From Chrysomallon squamiferum (taxonomy: Eukaryota > Animalia > Mollusca): a stretch of 64,000 bases of DNA. A program made the translations under genes and the position numbers. Each line of letters opens with the position of its first letter. Within the stretch, counting starts at the first letter, position 1. The notes below the pieces were generated by a model that saw only the letters and a list, made by a program, of their open reading frames with translations, was not told where the DNA came from and made no database searches. Below, piece after piece: positions 14,456 to 27,499 of this stretch. Location: contig CM022678.1 of the NCBI GenBank assembly GCA_012295275.1, forward strand, positions 5,022,001-5,086,000. The letters are read 5' to 3'.

Positions 14456-15169
14456 ACAGGCAAATAAATAGACAAATATATATTTAACAAAATAAATTTG
14501 TGTATGTATGTGTGTTAATATTTCATGCGTTTACCATCTGATGTCGGTAATGATGTTAGTTTTTACTTTTATTTAATTATTTTTAATTATTATCGTTATT
14601 TTTAATTATTTCATTTTATAAATTATCTAATCGTAAAACGTTTGTGTAATATTTAGTTATTTAAAAATTGTTTCCGTTACGCTTTGTGGGTAAACTAATT
14701 TGATTTATCAATTCGTTACACGATTATTAAGCTCTTGCACAAAATTATAAACCAGATGTGGCAACTTCGTGCTGTGATTCGACACGTATCATTTAAAAAA
14801 ATTCGTCGTGGTTAACGCATATATATATTAGAGAGTGGACAGTGAAATAAGGTGTGGATTTGTCGCATGTAAACTACTTTTTTTTTTATTATATATATAT
14901 ATATATATATTGATTGATAATCTAGACAAAATAAAACTATTAAGTAGTTATTAGAAAGGATGCACCAGGGACATTGTATTTTGGTGTGTGGTGCTCCTGT
15001 ATTATAGTAAATAAAATTCAAATAGTTTGATTTGATTTGCGTATATTTGCTTTTCTGGTTTGCATATAATTTGCTTAGGGGAAATAACTCCGTTGATTCT
15101 TCCATACAATGAAAGGCTGTGGGTTGAAAGAGATACACTTCTTCTTCTTCTTCTTATTAATATATATAT

Positions 15170-15202
<33 letters not shown>

Positions 15203-15336
15203 CATATATATCTAGAGAGAGTCATTTTAATATGTTTTGTTATATTTTAATTTTTGTTATGAAATTATTAAAAATCTGTTTTTCTTCAGTTTTCTATTTG
15301 TAGTTTTACGAGGTTCTTACTATTTGGTAAAGTAAG

Positions 15337-15381
<45 letters not shown>

Positions 15382-16049
15382 CACTAAAAGTAGATAAAAC
15401 AACAAAAAAGTCATATTTTTATTAATTAGTGACCTCCACACTTAAAGGTTTTCAGTACAAAACTCCAGAAGCAAACCTATGACAGATGTTACTTTATTTC
15501 ACGACAGGATAACCTGATAACGTTAGTTTCCAATCTGAAACATATAAAACATGTGACTGATGAATGATCTATATTTAGGAACGTTTGAATCGACACGTAC
15601 ACACTGTTTGATTTTACTGGATTATTTTCATAACACTCAGCAGCTATGTTCAAGGTTTGGACCCATCCAGTCTGTGTAGTATTTTTGCACTTTTTTGTCT
15701 GACCTGTTCCAAATACAGGATATTTAATCTGCTTCGAAAGAAAAAGATTCTATGCTGCATATGAAACTTGTATTGCTTTTGTACGCGTGTCCTTCATACG
15801 TGGGTGGGGTTGAAACTGAGCGAGATTTCAATAGGTTTAAAAAAGATTAACTAACATTAATAGGCTAATATTTATGGACGCGTTTTCTACTACTAAACAG
15901 AACGCGAATTAATTATTTAATTTTGTACCTGTCAACTGACCGAATATCAACAGTTCAAAACTGTGACATTAATATCAACGAGAAAGGAAAAAGGTAGTTG
16001 AATAAAAATTAAAAGACAGAAAATAAATATTTTGTGTTTTTTTATTATT

Positions 16050-17366
16050 ACTTCTCCAGAAGAACCTAGCAGAAGGCCGACTGCCTTGAACACCAACCAT
16101 CCTTTTTCCACACAGTCATTAGAACTGCCGTGACTTGCACCCGATCCGCGGTGTCTGCCCCACCAAGAATGACCGCCTGTCTCCCACCAGCCAACATGTC
16201 TTTTACTTGGGCTGTTTGCATTCACGTTGTCATAGTCTACCTGCAGCGCCACTCGAACCTGAGCTCCATTTTGTATTGCTTTCTTCAACTCGGCCTTCGA
16301 TCCGAATAATACATCACCATTTTTGTTCGTTGATAAAATCTTGGTCCATGGTCGCGTGTCCACAAACCAGCTGATTGTTTTCTTTTCCGTTGTTTCATGA
16401 ACAGATGTACCGTTAACAAACAGGACATTTCGCGTGTTAACCGTCCCAGTCGTGTGCGCTCTCTGCAAGACCCTAATCAACTGCCTGCCTCCTGGATTAT
16501 TCAAATTCTGATAGATACGATTCAGAAGTTGTACGGAAACATGTTCCGACTTCGTCCTTACGTTATTTGCCTTTATGGAATAGTTTCCAATAACAATCTT
16601 CACTCTGTGTGAAACCAGTTCAGAAACAGATCCGTCTTGTTCTTTTCCATTTCCGTGGTGGGTAACTACGTGTCGCCAGCAAGTGTCCGGAGATCATCCT
16701 GATGGTGCTACCGTAGTTGTGTTCTGTAATGGATAAGACGTAGTAGAGACATGTAAAGTGTTCTAAAACTGCTGAACAGAAATATCTACGAAATACCACC
16801 CTGGCTGAAAATAACCTGAAAAATATCAGGTTCCAGAAAAACTGACTTGTGACCTTAAACGTTTCCATCCGAGGTAATTTCTCTGGCATACAAATCGAGC
16901 ATGAAACCATCGACAGAAACTGTAATGTCATGACCGTTTAGCACAGAGTCAGTAAGCGCCATTTTGCTTTCCTCTTTTGCTTCTTCAGTAAACTCGCTTA
17001 CTAGGAGAAAGAAGCTGGCGACAAGGAGACTTTTTAGTAAACCATTGGATTCCCACAGTAGAACCGTTCGTCTGTGTCCATTCGTTCGTGTCCACTTTGT
17101 AGTACAGTTCCGCATAAAGTCCAGACGAGCAAACAAAAAAGAAACGAAGATAGAGATCATCTGCAAAAGTGTTCGAGACATTGTTACTCATATGCGTTCG
17201 AGATACAGAGTAATAAAAAGCTGTATCTCCAATGTAGGCTTCAGTGCCCCACAATGAAATCAGAAATCTAATTGGATTCCTGTTAGACACAGATCCATAG
17301 ATCCGCTAATTGCATTACCTTTGTCATCGTTCTCGTAGATCTTGTACCATCGACTGTCATATGTTT
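16050..17366 (-). pseudogene. Divergent subfamily paralog A3, with multiple frameshifts and a 3' truncation
   Basis: The acceptor tttttcag| at 17366 is followed by (E)TYDSRWYKIYENDDKGNAISGS. Homologous pieces fall in different frames (PIRFLISLWGTEAYIG, GIQWFTKKS, SVLNGHDI, WFVDTRPWTKILSTNKNGDVLFGSKAELKKAIQNGAQVRV). Similarity ends after LGSSGEV. Confidence 0.85.
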
Positions 17367-17530
17367 CTGAAAAATAATATTACTTTTAATGTATTTGTAA
17401 GTGAGTTATATTTACTGTTTGAATGTTTAACTGTTAATCTCTATAGTGAAGCAGTTTACATTCTATTTCTACCAGTTAGAATTTCGAAATCGCAATAATA
17501 AGAAGAAATTAAAATAATATAAAATAAAAC

Positions 17531-17594
<64 letters not shown>

Positions 17595-18624
17595 AATAAA
17601 TAAAAATAATAATAATTATTTAATAATGAGCTAAAAATACTAAAAATAAAAGTTGTTTTAAAAAATATCTGAAGAAAATTTAAACCAATACATAACATAC
17701 CACATTATATATATGAGTCGTTGGCAATAAATATTAAATTTAATACATTGCAGTAGGAACTAAATCATACGAAACTGAAAAAAAACTGTTGATTATTCAA
17801 ATTAATGAAAATGAATTAAAAGGATCTGAAGGACAAAATCTTTATCCTATATAGGCTTTTATTTATTTATTTATTTATTTATTCTCATTATTTGTTTTCT
17901 TGTCCTTAGTTTTTAAATTATTATTTATGAATAATAGCTCACAAGTGATAAGTAATAATAGTATATTTTAGCGTTTATTGTACAAAACTGTTCACGTGCT
18001 GCTTTAGAATAATAATAGTGTTGTCTGGAAAACAGATTTATATCTTATTGACGGATAACATTAGCATTACGTGACTACACGGTCAGTTTAAAACAAAGTG
18101 GTCTGTGTGGAACCATGCCGTCGGTGACGTGTCTCATGGTGAACTCTGTAGTTTTATTATTATTATTATTCAACACAAAACAATTTCGACGAAAAGGGCA
18201 AAAAAACAAACAAGGAATATACAGATGTGAATGATGAGCTCGAATGAGTTTTAATAGTAATTAATCTACCGAGTTGCAACAGTTATGCACAGAAATGCAT
18301 GCATTGCATAGGATTTGGTATGATTATAGAAAAAAAAAAAAATCGTGTATTTTTCTTTCATTATAGACTTTTTCTAAACGTTGCTCTCAGTTCAAATGTC
18401 TATCTGCAGTGTTACCAGATTGTTATAATTTTTCGTAGAGTAACATGGATATTTACAGAATAACCTAAAACAGATTTTTGGGTTTATATATTGAAGTTAC
18501 AAACATTTTGGTAAAAAGTAAAATCCATTTTAAAAGATAATCATCAAATGCAGACTTCTCTCTTTCTCTCACCAGGGAAAGACATTCTGTATTATTATTT
18601 TTTTCAATAAAGAAAATAAATGAC

Positions 18625-18790
18625 TTAAGCTACCTTTAACCTGATCAGTGTCTCTGCAATCCTGTTCAGCTGTCACACACTATATAAAAATATACATGAT
18701 ATGTCTGGAAATGCTTCTATGTTAAATCACAGCTTGTAGTCGCAACATTTGGGTTTCAGTAACTTTGAAACAATTTATTTCGCTTTATAA
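18625..18790 (-). promoter_or_regulatory. Promoter/first-exon block upstream of A3
   Basis: gttaaatcacagcttgtagtcgcaacatttgggtttcag matches 6522-6560. A donor-like aaag|gtagc lies on the minus strand near 18632. Confidence 0.5.
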
Positions 18791-20153
18791 ATCGGTAATA
18801 ACGAAAAGAAATAAATAACGAACAAAGCTAATTGTTTGTGTGTCATTTCATTTCCAACCTTTCCTAGTAATAAAAAAATCTAGTGCAATATACATATATA
18901 TATCGTTCGATAAGAAAATAATTCATACTATTCATCACTTATATGACTGAATTTATAAAAAAAAGTGGATATTTCTGTATTTGTTTTTTAATTGATAATA
19001 GAGGTTTTATAATCATTTCCTAAGCCGACAGTGTAAGAATTTGTAAAGAGTCCACTATAGGGTGCTAGATAGCAGTTACCTCAGTCCTGAGTTAAGTTCT
19101 TAAAAGATATGTTTCAAATATGATGTGTAACTAATGGGAGGATACTATCTCGTCTGGTTCTAGGATCCCTACCTCTAATTAGTTGTCTGTAATTAAGGTC
19201 TTGATATTCTGATAATAACTATAGAATATGTTTATTAAGAAAAAAAATAATAGTACAAATTAAATAAAGTAAAATACTTTAAAAACATTGAATTAATTAG
19301 TTTGTAGTTGTTATCATCGTTAAGAAAAATGATGAATTTATTTGTAAAATGAATCACTGAACTAATACATAAAAGAAAATTCCTGTTAGAATAATTAACA
19401 ATAGAATAGAAAGAAAGCAGAATAAGTTAATAAAATCTGAGAAATACTCCGTCTGTTGTACTAAAAAAAAAAAAATAAAGCAAATACTTAAATATGTGAA
19501 AATTCAAAAACAATTCAACATCTTTTAGACCTTCGAATCTGAAATTATTATTATTAGTTGTTTTTTTTTTGGCCACGTAAGTGTTTTTTTCTATGACTAC
19601 AAAAATGTCTGAGAAAACCTTCACTATGTTCCATCTTGTAAAATTTCATTGATTTTTCTCTTTCACAGCTCAAAAAAAAAAAAAAAAAAAAAAATCGGAA
19701 AAGAAACATAGGTCTTTCAGTACACACATATTAGAAACACATATATAACAGATGTCGAATTAACGTCTGTGTATTCTGATAAAATCAGTTTCCAATCAGA
19801 TATAATGCCACGAAAATAGAAAAGAAAACGTGCCTCTACACATAAAAATTATTTTAGGCAAGTATAATATTTCACTACAGTGAAGAGGAATTTCCAACAA
19901 TATTCACAACCAGTAAATTTGAATTTTGTTTTCGATTGGTTAAAAATGCAGAATGATTGGCGTGACACGAGTACTGTTCAGCATCAAACTCCAGCATCAG
20001 CGAATATTGACAACTTTTTTACAAGAGCAAAAACATTTCTGAAATGATCGATATCAGTGTTTTAAGGGTGTTCGGATGACCAAGACAGAAAATGAGATAC
20101 GTGAGTCGTAGGTTGATAGGATAGGACAACGTTCAGTGTAAAAGGCAAGAGTA

Positions 20154-20196
<43 letters not shown>

Positions 20197-20477
20197 AGAG
20201 AGAGAGAGAACACAGCAAAGTTTGAGAAAATAAGTCGGTGGTCGAAAAATGTGTAATGAGTTACTAGTATCTTTTTAAAAAGCAACATATTTGTTTTCTT
20301 ATGATATATCTTAAAAGACAGTCCATATATTGTAGTGAGAGTTACACGTAATAAACAAGTTGGGGTTAGAAAACTTTAACGCGGCTGATTTTTTGACATT
20401 TACCTTAGTTTCCGTGAACACATCCTGACTGTATATGGCATGATACACTGTTAAAGAGAATACAACATCTTTATTAT

Positions 20478-20526
<49 letters not shown>

Positions 20527-20568
20527 TATTTCTAAACAAGAGACAAACTACTAACAGATTTAAAGTTC

Positions 20569-20599
<31 letters not shown>

Positions 20600-20679
20600 T
20601 TTCATTTTTTATTCTTTTTTTTATTATACTAATTAACTTAATTTTTGTTTAGGAAAGACGAACGAAATTAAGGAAATCC

Positions 20680-20737
<58 letters not shown>

Positions 20738-21499
20738 TATGTTTAAAAATGTAAGAATAAATACTTCTGTTGTTTCCTTACTACTAAATAGATGCAATGT
20801 GTGTGTGTATGTATGAGTGTGTATGTGTGAGTGTGTGTGTGTCTTATTTTAACACATTTGATTTCCTCAACAGTTTGACCCCCCCTACAATAATAAAGAA
20901 ATAATGTAAAATAAAAATTAAAATACCGATGATGCTTATACTTAACATTACAGAATTTGATTTGGGTGTTGAATCGTTTCTGATAATCAGTTATTAAGAG
21001 AAACAAGTTTTATGTTCTCTTCATTACTGACACATTCACACACACAAGAAAATACTTTTGTATAGCATAGTCAAACATATAATTCTAACCTTTCAGAATT
21101 GGGAAAATAATCTTATTTCTGGTGTAAGGTCACGGCTACTGGGAAATTTGTGATAATGAATCAGAATTTAACACGTAATAATCTCTAACTGCCTTCGCTA
21201 ATTTCCGTAGACACATCGGCAGGTCAAAGGTAAAGAAAAATATGTTAAGTATATTATTACTAGTTCTACTGAAAACAGGAACAATAATAATAATAATCAT
21301 AAACAACAACAACAACAACAACAACAATAATAAAAATCATAATGATCATTTTTTAATAATAATAATAATAATAATATTAACGAAAGTGAAAAAGATTATA
21401 ATAAATAAATAAATAATTTTAGTATCCTAGTATGCTATTAGCGGTGATAGATCGTACAAAATAACAATATAATAGGTTGAAATTTGGTTTCTTATTTTA

Positions 21500-21662
21500 C
21501 GTCAATTGTGGTCCCAAACTTCGATTTATCTGAAGATTTTCTGCCCTACATCAAATTGCGCTTATTCTGCGATTTTAGCTGATGATTTTTTCACCTTCAA
21601 GGTTACTGCAACAGTCGATGTTGTAAGATTCATGAGATCCACCATGAAAGAACAGCCGTTTC
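21500..21662 (+). pseudogene. Small relic of the intron end and start of the main exon of an A-family gene
   Basis: catcaaattgcgc...ttttttcaccttcaag|gttactgcaacagtcgatgttgtaagattcatgagatc...gaacagccgtttct translates to YCNSRCCKIHEI...TAVS, versus FCNSRWRKVYEV...AAVS in A4. Confidence 0.7.
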
Positions 21663-21664
21663 TT

Positions 21665-21826
21665 TTGATCATTTGACTGAAGCCCACATGTTGCGACTAC
21701 AAACTGTGATTTAACACAAAAACAAATTATCAGCTGGTTTGAATTTTTGTATAAATTTAAGACAGTCAGTGAATTTGTCACATTTGAAGAGAATCGCAGA
21801 TATACTGAGCTAGTCAAGGGTAAGTC
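21665..21826 (+). promoter_or_regulatory. Putative TATA promoter and non-coding exon 1 of A4 (TATAAA ~21750, exon ~21780-21819, donor GTAAGT at 21820)
   Basis: The block is conserved among paralogs. TATAAA lies ~28 nt before gtcacatt, a canonical donor follows, and a matching acceptor ctattacag| sits at 23083. Confidence 0.65.
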
Positions 21827-22167
21827 CAATTCATATACCACTAACGTTGTTCGGACATCAAAGATATTTATTGGAAATTTTGTCTTGCTTATTTATTTAT
21901 TTACTTTTTAAATATTTCAACATCTATAATTAGTGACGCAGATTAGTAACTTCTTCCAGAACCTTTCGATTATTTTACTTAGTTACCTTATTGTTATTTG
22001 AATACGAAGTTGACGAAAAAATGCATTTATCATTTTTAGTTATTAAAATTGTTGATGTCACCATCTGCTGGCCATTTTAAAATGGGTAAAATGCCTAGAA
22101 TGTATCAGAACCATGATTTTTATTATTACCTGTACATCCAGGTTACTGTATTAAAATTATAACAAAA

Positions 22168-22233
<66 letters not shown>

Positions 22234-22513
22234 GACACATCAATCAAAATAGCATGTCCATAACTAGACTCTTTTCGAAATAAGGCAAAAACATTTAATC
22301 GCCGAGAGCAAAAACATTTCGACGAGGTATCTGCTATGTGATAAATCTTCTTTCATGACCGGTGTCTTTGAAGTCAGTTCTGTCTTTCATCCTAACGATG
22401 TCGGTAAACTTCAGACGGTAACCACAGTCATCAACGAATTCATTCAGTGGATATTGTTTCTATCGGAATAGCGATTTATATTTTATATTTTTTAAACAAA
22501 ATCTTTGAATTCA

Positions 22514-22549
<36 letters not shown>

Positions 22550-23035
22550 TAATTAATTAATTTCGTTATGACGCATTTGCCGGATAGCCTTAGTGTAATT
22601 ACGGCACTGAATATATACAGATATAGATCGTTAAAAATATGTCTGTCCGTGCTTGCGAAAATATGTTTCAATTTAATGTGACTGTTTATTTAAATTATAA
22701 CATCCGATAATTGATAAAACTATGTGATTTCAAATAACGCATGGAAATTTTATCAATAAATGAGGAAATGTTTTAAAGTTAAGTTGAAACCACGAAAACA
22801 AAATATTTTTATTTGTCATTATTATTATGTATGAACTCTATAACCAATAAATAAAGTGAAATAAAATAAATAATATATATATAAAACTGAATAATAAAAT
22901 AAAAACAAATATCAAAACCAAATATAACATACGAAAGTATTATATGCGTGTAGAGGTATTAATTTATATAGTATATTATTTTAATTTATACTTGAATATT
23001 TGCTTATTCTTCCTTTTTCCCCTCTTCTAAATTTC

Positions 23036-23074
<39 letters not shown>

Positions 23075-23095
23075 CTATTACAGGCTGAGTTCATT

Positions 23096-24990
23096 ATGAA
23101 GCGTGTTTCAAATCTACCACTCTTAGCGAAACTTCTCCTCGTTCTACTCACAACTACGACAGGAGGAACTGCAGAGCAATGTGGTAAGAATATCATCATT
23201 TCTTTTCTTTCTTTCTCACTTTAATATTTACTATTCTTTTACTTTCCATATTATTTAACTATAATTTATATAAAACTATGTTAGAGATTGGACATCTGTT
23301 TCAATCAGACAGTGGTTTTGGGAAATAATTAAAAAATGAAGGGTATAAATTAATAAAGGATTTCATTTTTCATTTAGCTTCGATGTCTCTGAAGATGTTT
23401 TTCGCGCCATCAAATTGCGCTCATTTTACTATTTTAGAATTCTGTAACAGTCGATGGCGTAAAGTTTATGAGGTCGACGACGAAGGAGCAGCTGTTTCTG
23501 GCAGCTATGACGAGCTTTTGGCTGCTGTCAAACGGGCGGAACCTGTAAGATATCTAATTCCATCATTAGGAGTAGAAGGCTACGCTGGTAACTGTGATAT
23601 GACTGTTCTCTCCAGTGATGTTATCATTTTTGTTTCAACGTCATACGTAAGTAAATCCAGCTGGAAAACGTTTGAAGAAGAACCGTATCACCGCCTCTTA
23701 AGAATGACCACTAAAGGTCGGATACGCGAAAATAGGTTCAGTGTGAACAACTTCACGCAAATAAGATACATCGAGTATAAAGCAGGAATCCAGTGGTTTG
23801 TTAAGAATTCATCGTGCATTTCGCTGATTCTAGAACACTCTGTGAGAAGGAAAGTAATTAATGGCTCATTAGAAAAGGTAATCTCATCAGTCGTATCTGG
23901 ATACGACATCATAGAAACGTGGGTGAATATGTACACGGAACCATTTCGAAATATAAAAGTGACCGATGAGGGGATGGTCGTTGGACAATTTGTCTGGGAC
24001 GTAACGATGAGACAAACTCCTCTTTGGAGCTTCATGGACGTCTACACAAGCGGACGTGCTGTAGGAAACTTTTATTTTCCAGGTCAGACGTTTCTTCGTC
24101 GAAGGATACTGAGGCGGAAAGGGAAATGGTTTGCCGACTCCTGCTGGAAACACGTGTTTACGAATGATGAAAATGGTGATGAAGTAGACGGATCTCTTTC
24201 TGAACTGATCTCTGCCGTTAAAGGCGGACACAGGGTGAAGGTAATTATGGGAAACTTCTCGATTGAGGCAGACAACGTGAGGACAAAATCAAGACAGATA
24301 TCTGCTCAGCTTTTGAATCGTCTGTATGCTCAAAAAGCAAATCGTAAATACAGAGGATTTTGGTTCTGGCAGATGGCGCATACGACGGGAACAGTGGGGA
24401 CACTTAAACACAGGTTATTTGGCGGTACCTCTTTTGGTGAAGAAACGGAAAAGAAAACAATCAAATGGTTTGTTGATACAAAACCATGGAAAACTATTTT
24501 GACAACAAACAAGAACGGCGATGTGGTGTTTGGATCGAAATCCGACTTGACAGCCGCTATTAAAAATGGTGCTGATGTACGTGTGGCTATTAAGATCGAT
24601 TCCAGCAAACCAGCTTCAAACACTCCTAGGAAAAGATATGTTGCTTGGTGGGAAATGGGCGGACATGGTGGATGGCTGTGGCACAGACACGGAGGATCAC
24701 GTGGAAGACACCGCAGCTCATATGATTGTCCAAAACAGGTTTGGACATGCTTTAAGATTGACAATCTGGAGTTAGGTCCTTCTGGAGAGGTTTCTGCCGA
24801 GTTACTTCAGAGTGTCAGTACTGAAGAAGTGGGATCAAAGGAATTCAAAATAAAGAAAGATGCCTCCTGGAAATACATGATCATCACTACACAAGGTGAT
24901 GTCGACGTCTTTCAGAGTGGTATAGGAGTTACCAGAAACGTCGGTCACTTTTCTTTTAAACGTGCCATCAAATGGTTTGTCAACTATTAA
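23096..24990 (+). CDS. Secreted four-domain repeat protein, paralog A4 (intact, ~546 aa, basic, no heptapeptide repeats). Coding exons 23096-23183 and 23438-24990.
   Basis: MKRVSNLPLLAKLLLVLLTTTTGGTAEQC is followed by G|gtaaga. The acceptor attttag| at 23437 gives EFCNSRWRKVYE... in frame to KWFVNY*. AATAAA lies at ~25045. Confidence 0.92.
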
Positions 24991-25270
24991 CTTTCGAATC
25001 TTACCACACACACACTCACACACACATATATACATATACACACACACACATACAAGCATTCAATAATAAAGGAAACTAAAGTTGCTGTTGTTGTTGTTGT
25101 TGTTGCTTTTCTTCTTTTTCTTCTTCTTTTTATTATTATTACTATTATTATTACTATTTTTTTACTCTAGCTCTCGCTTTTCAGTGTTTCTATGTGTTCC
25201 GTTTTTCTGCTGAATGTGGCGTATACACGGTTTTTTTCATTCTGAAAATGAAAGTTTACTGTTGAACGTC

Positions 25271-25301
<31 letters not shown>

Positions 25302-27139
25302 TCAAGACCAAAATTTTATTCAAATAAGATTCAATCATTTAATAGCACATAGGATGTTTTCGGCGTAAAATAGGCAGACTAAACTAAGTAATTTTAAACT
25401 CTTTTTTATCGAATATTTTTATTAATACAGTCTTACTTAAAATAAAATATACTAAAATAAAATGAAATAAATGTTCTCAAATGTCAGAAGGACTTAAAAT
25501 AGTTATTTGCATGGATATCTCAAACAGATTGAGAATGAAAATTGGTCTTCAGTTTACAGTGATCAAAAAAATGTGGAGGATATCAATGAAACACCTCACA
25601 GAATCATGTTCATCGCGCATAATGAATAATTTAGAAATCTTCTGAACCGATACTTCAGTAGTAACATTTCAGTTAAAGAAAATATAATAATGATCCAGTC
25701 TGTGAAGCACATTTATGGAGATATCTGTAAGAAATGATGCCACGAGATAAACTGAAAGAAACAGACTCGTTCTATTTATTTTAAATGCGACTTAGGTAAA
25801 GCTTTGAGGTGTTAATGTAGTTTTAAAGAAAGAAAGAAAAGAAAACAAGTTGTCACTAACAATTTAATAGCGCAGTTTTTTTTTTTTTTTTTTTTTTAAT
25901 CGTTATTTCCTTTTTTTATTTTATTTTTTTTTTTTTTTTTATTTTTTTTTTTTTTTTTGTGGGGTTGTCTTTTTGTTTTATTCTTTTTTTAAATAATGAA
26001 AGAATCTGAGACTCCGTGCAGCAAAGATTCGAGCATCCTGTCTTTTATATTTTAACAATAATTTCCTTATTTATTTTATTGGTTTCTTTCTTTGTTTATT
26101 CATTAATATTTTGTTTTGAATTGTCGACTTTTTTGTTCTTCTCGTTATTTTTTTCTTCTTGTTTTTTTATTATTTTCCTGTTGTTGTTTTTTTTTTTGGT
26201 AGATTTTTATATTTATTTTTTTTTTTTTTCATTTATTGTTTTTCTGCTTGTTCTTTTCTTTAAGAAAATCTACTCGGCACGTACCATGGTTTCCGTATGT
26301 TAATTACGTTATTGACAATGTCAATACGGAACGCGAATTACTAATAATTAAAAACTAGAATACCAGAATACTGATCAACATTGAATCAAACGGATAGACA
26401 TGTGTTTCCTGTAACAAATTTCTAAAAACTATATACATTATATAGCGCAGACGTCAAAATAATGGAAACATTTGCAAAGATACTGCACTTATTCTAGTAG
26501 CACTAAAATTTTGCGGTTGGTGTTCCCAGTATCACTCTGTCCATAGCAAAGGTCAAATTGTTTGCTCACTCCAAGCTGCTGTTTTTCATCTATTTTTAAA
26601 AAGGATTATATCAGCATATTTCATGTTGAACGAAATTGACTTGACAGATCGCTCTAATGTCAAAACGACATAGCTATGGCATAGCGGACCTGTTGAACAA
26701 AGACAGACACAGAAACGGAGTTTATTGATGGCTGAAAGGTGTGTGCTTCCATTTTATGTCTTCATTTAATAAACTTCACTGTCATCTGAGGCAATTTTAG
26801 CAGGAAAAATAAATACCTACAGCATCTCCTTGACAATAGTAGTAAAAAAACCCGCATATACACAAAAACGTGGAGTCTCGTTTTCATCATAGACACTGGC
26901 CGTCTTTCATCCTAATTATTATTTCCAGCTTAAAATATTTTTTTTTTAGTCCTCGATTCTGACGTACACCGGCTCATTTCTTTCTGTTTCAAAATGCTAA
27001 TGTCACTAAACATAAGGATTCATCATCCTGGGTTTCAGTGCAATATTTGTATATACTACCGCCAGTTATACCTATGTGTGATATTCCTCTATACAGCTTC
27101 ATCAAATTCTACTTTCTGAAACACTTTCAAAACCAAAGG

Positions 27140-27210
27140 TTCACATTCAAAAATCCGGCAACCTCCAGACCTTAGGAGTGCCGGATTTTCAAAATTGCCG
27201 AATTTTTTAT
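27140..27210. mobile_element. Short inverted repeat/hairpin, possibly the end of a non-autonomous DNA transposon (MITE-like)
   Basis: aaaatccggca-ac-ctcc-(8 nt)-ggag-tgccggatttt, followed by a degenerate second tgccgaatttt. No transposase or opposite end was identified. Confidence 0.3.
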
Positions 27211-27499
27211 GGTTATATATGTTGTATATATTTAACAGAAATTTATTACCCGTATACAGCACAAGATAAATGATAAAATGAGAAGGAATAAGCAGAAATG
27301 CCTGTTACCAGGTGCAACCAAAACCCAATAGCTGATTCTGAGTACAGCACCATCAAAACATAAACGGCGCCTCTAGAAAAGAGTGGCACGCCAACACGGT
27401 ACATTCAAAAATGGGCTCCGAACCCCATGCCGGTAATGTGAAGGAACCAGATTTCTGTCACTGTAAGCCCGCATGAGAAATTGTCAAATCCTTTTATTG

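Noticed and set aside
23383-23437. ORF-track start MSLKMFFAP... for A4
   Set aside because: This is intron read-through. The real N-terminus is the conserved signal exon at 23096-23183 spliced to 23438.
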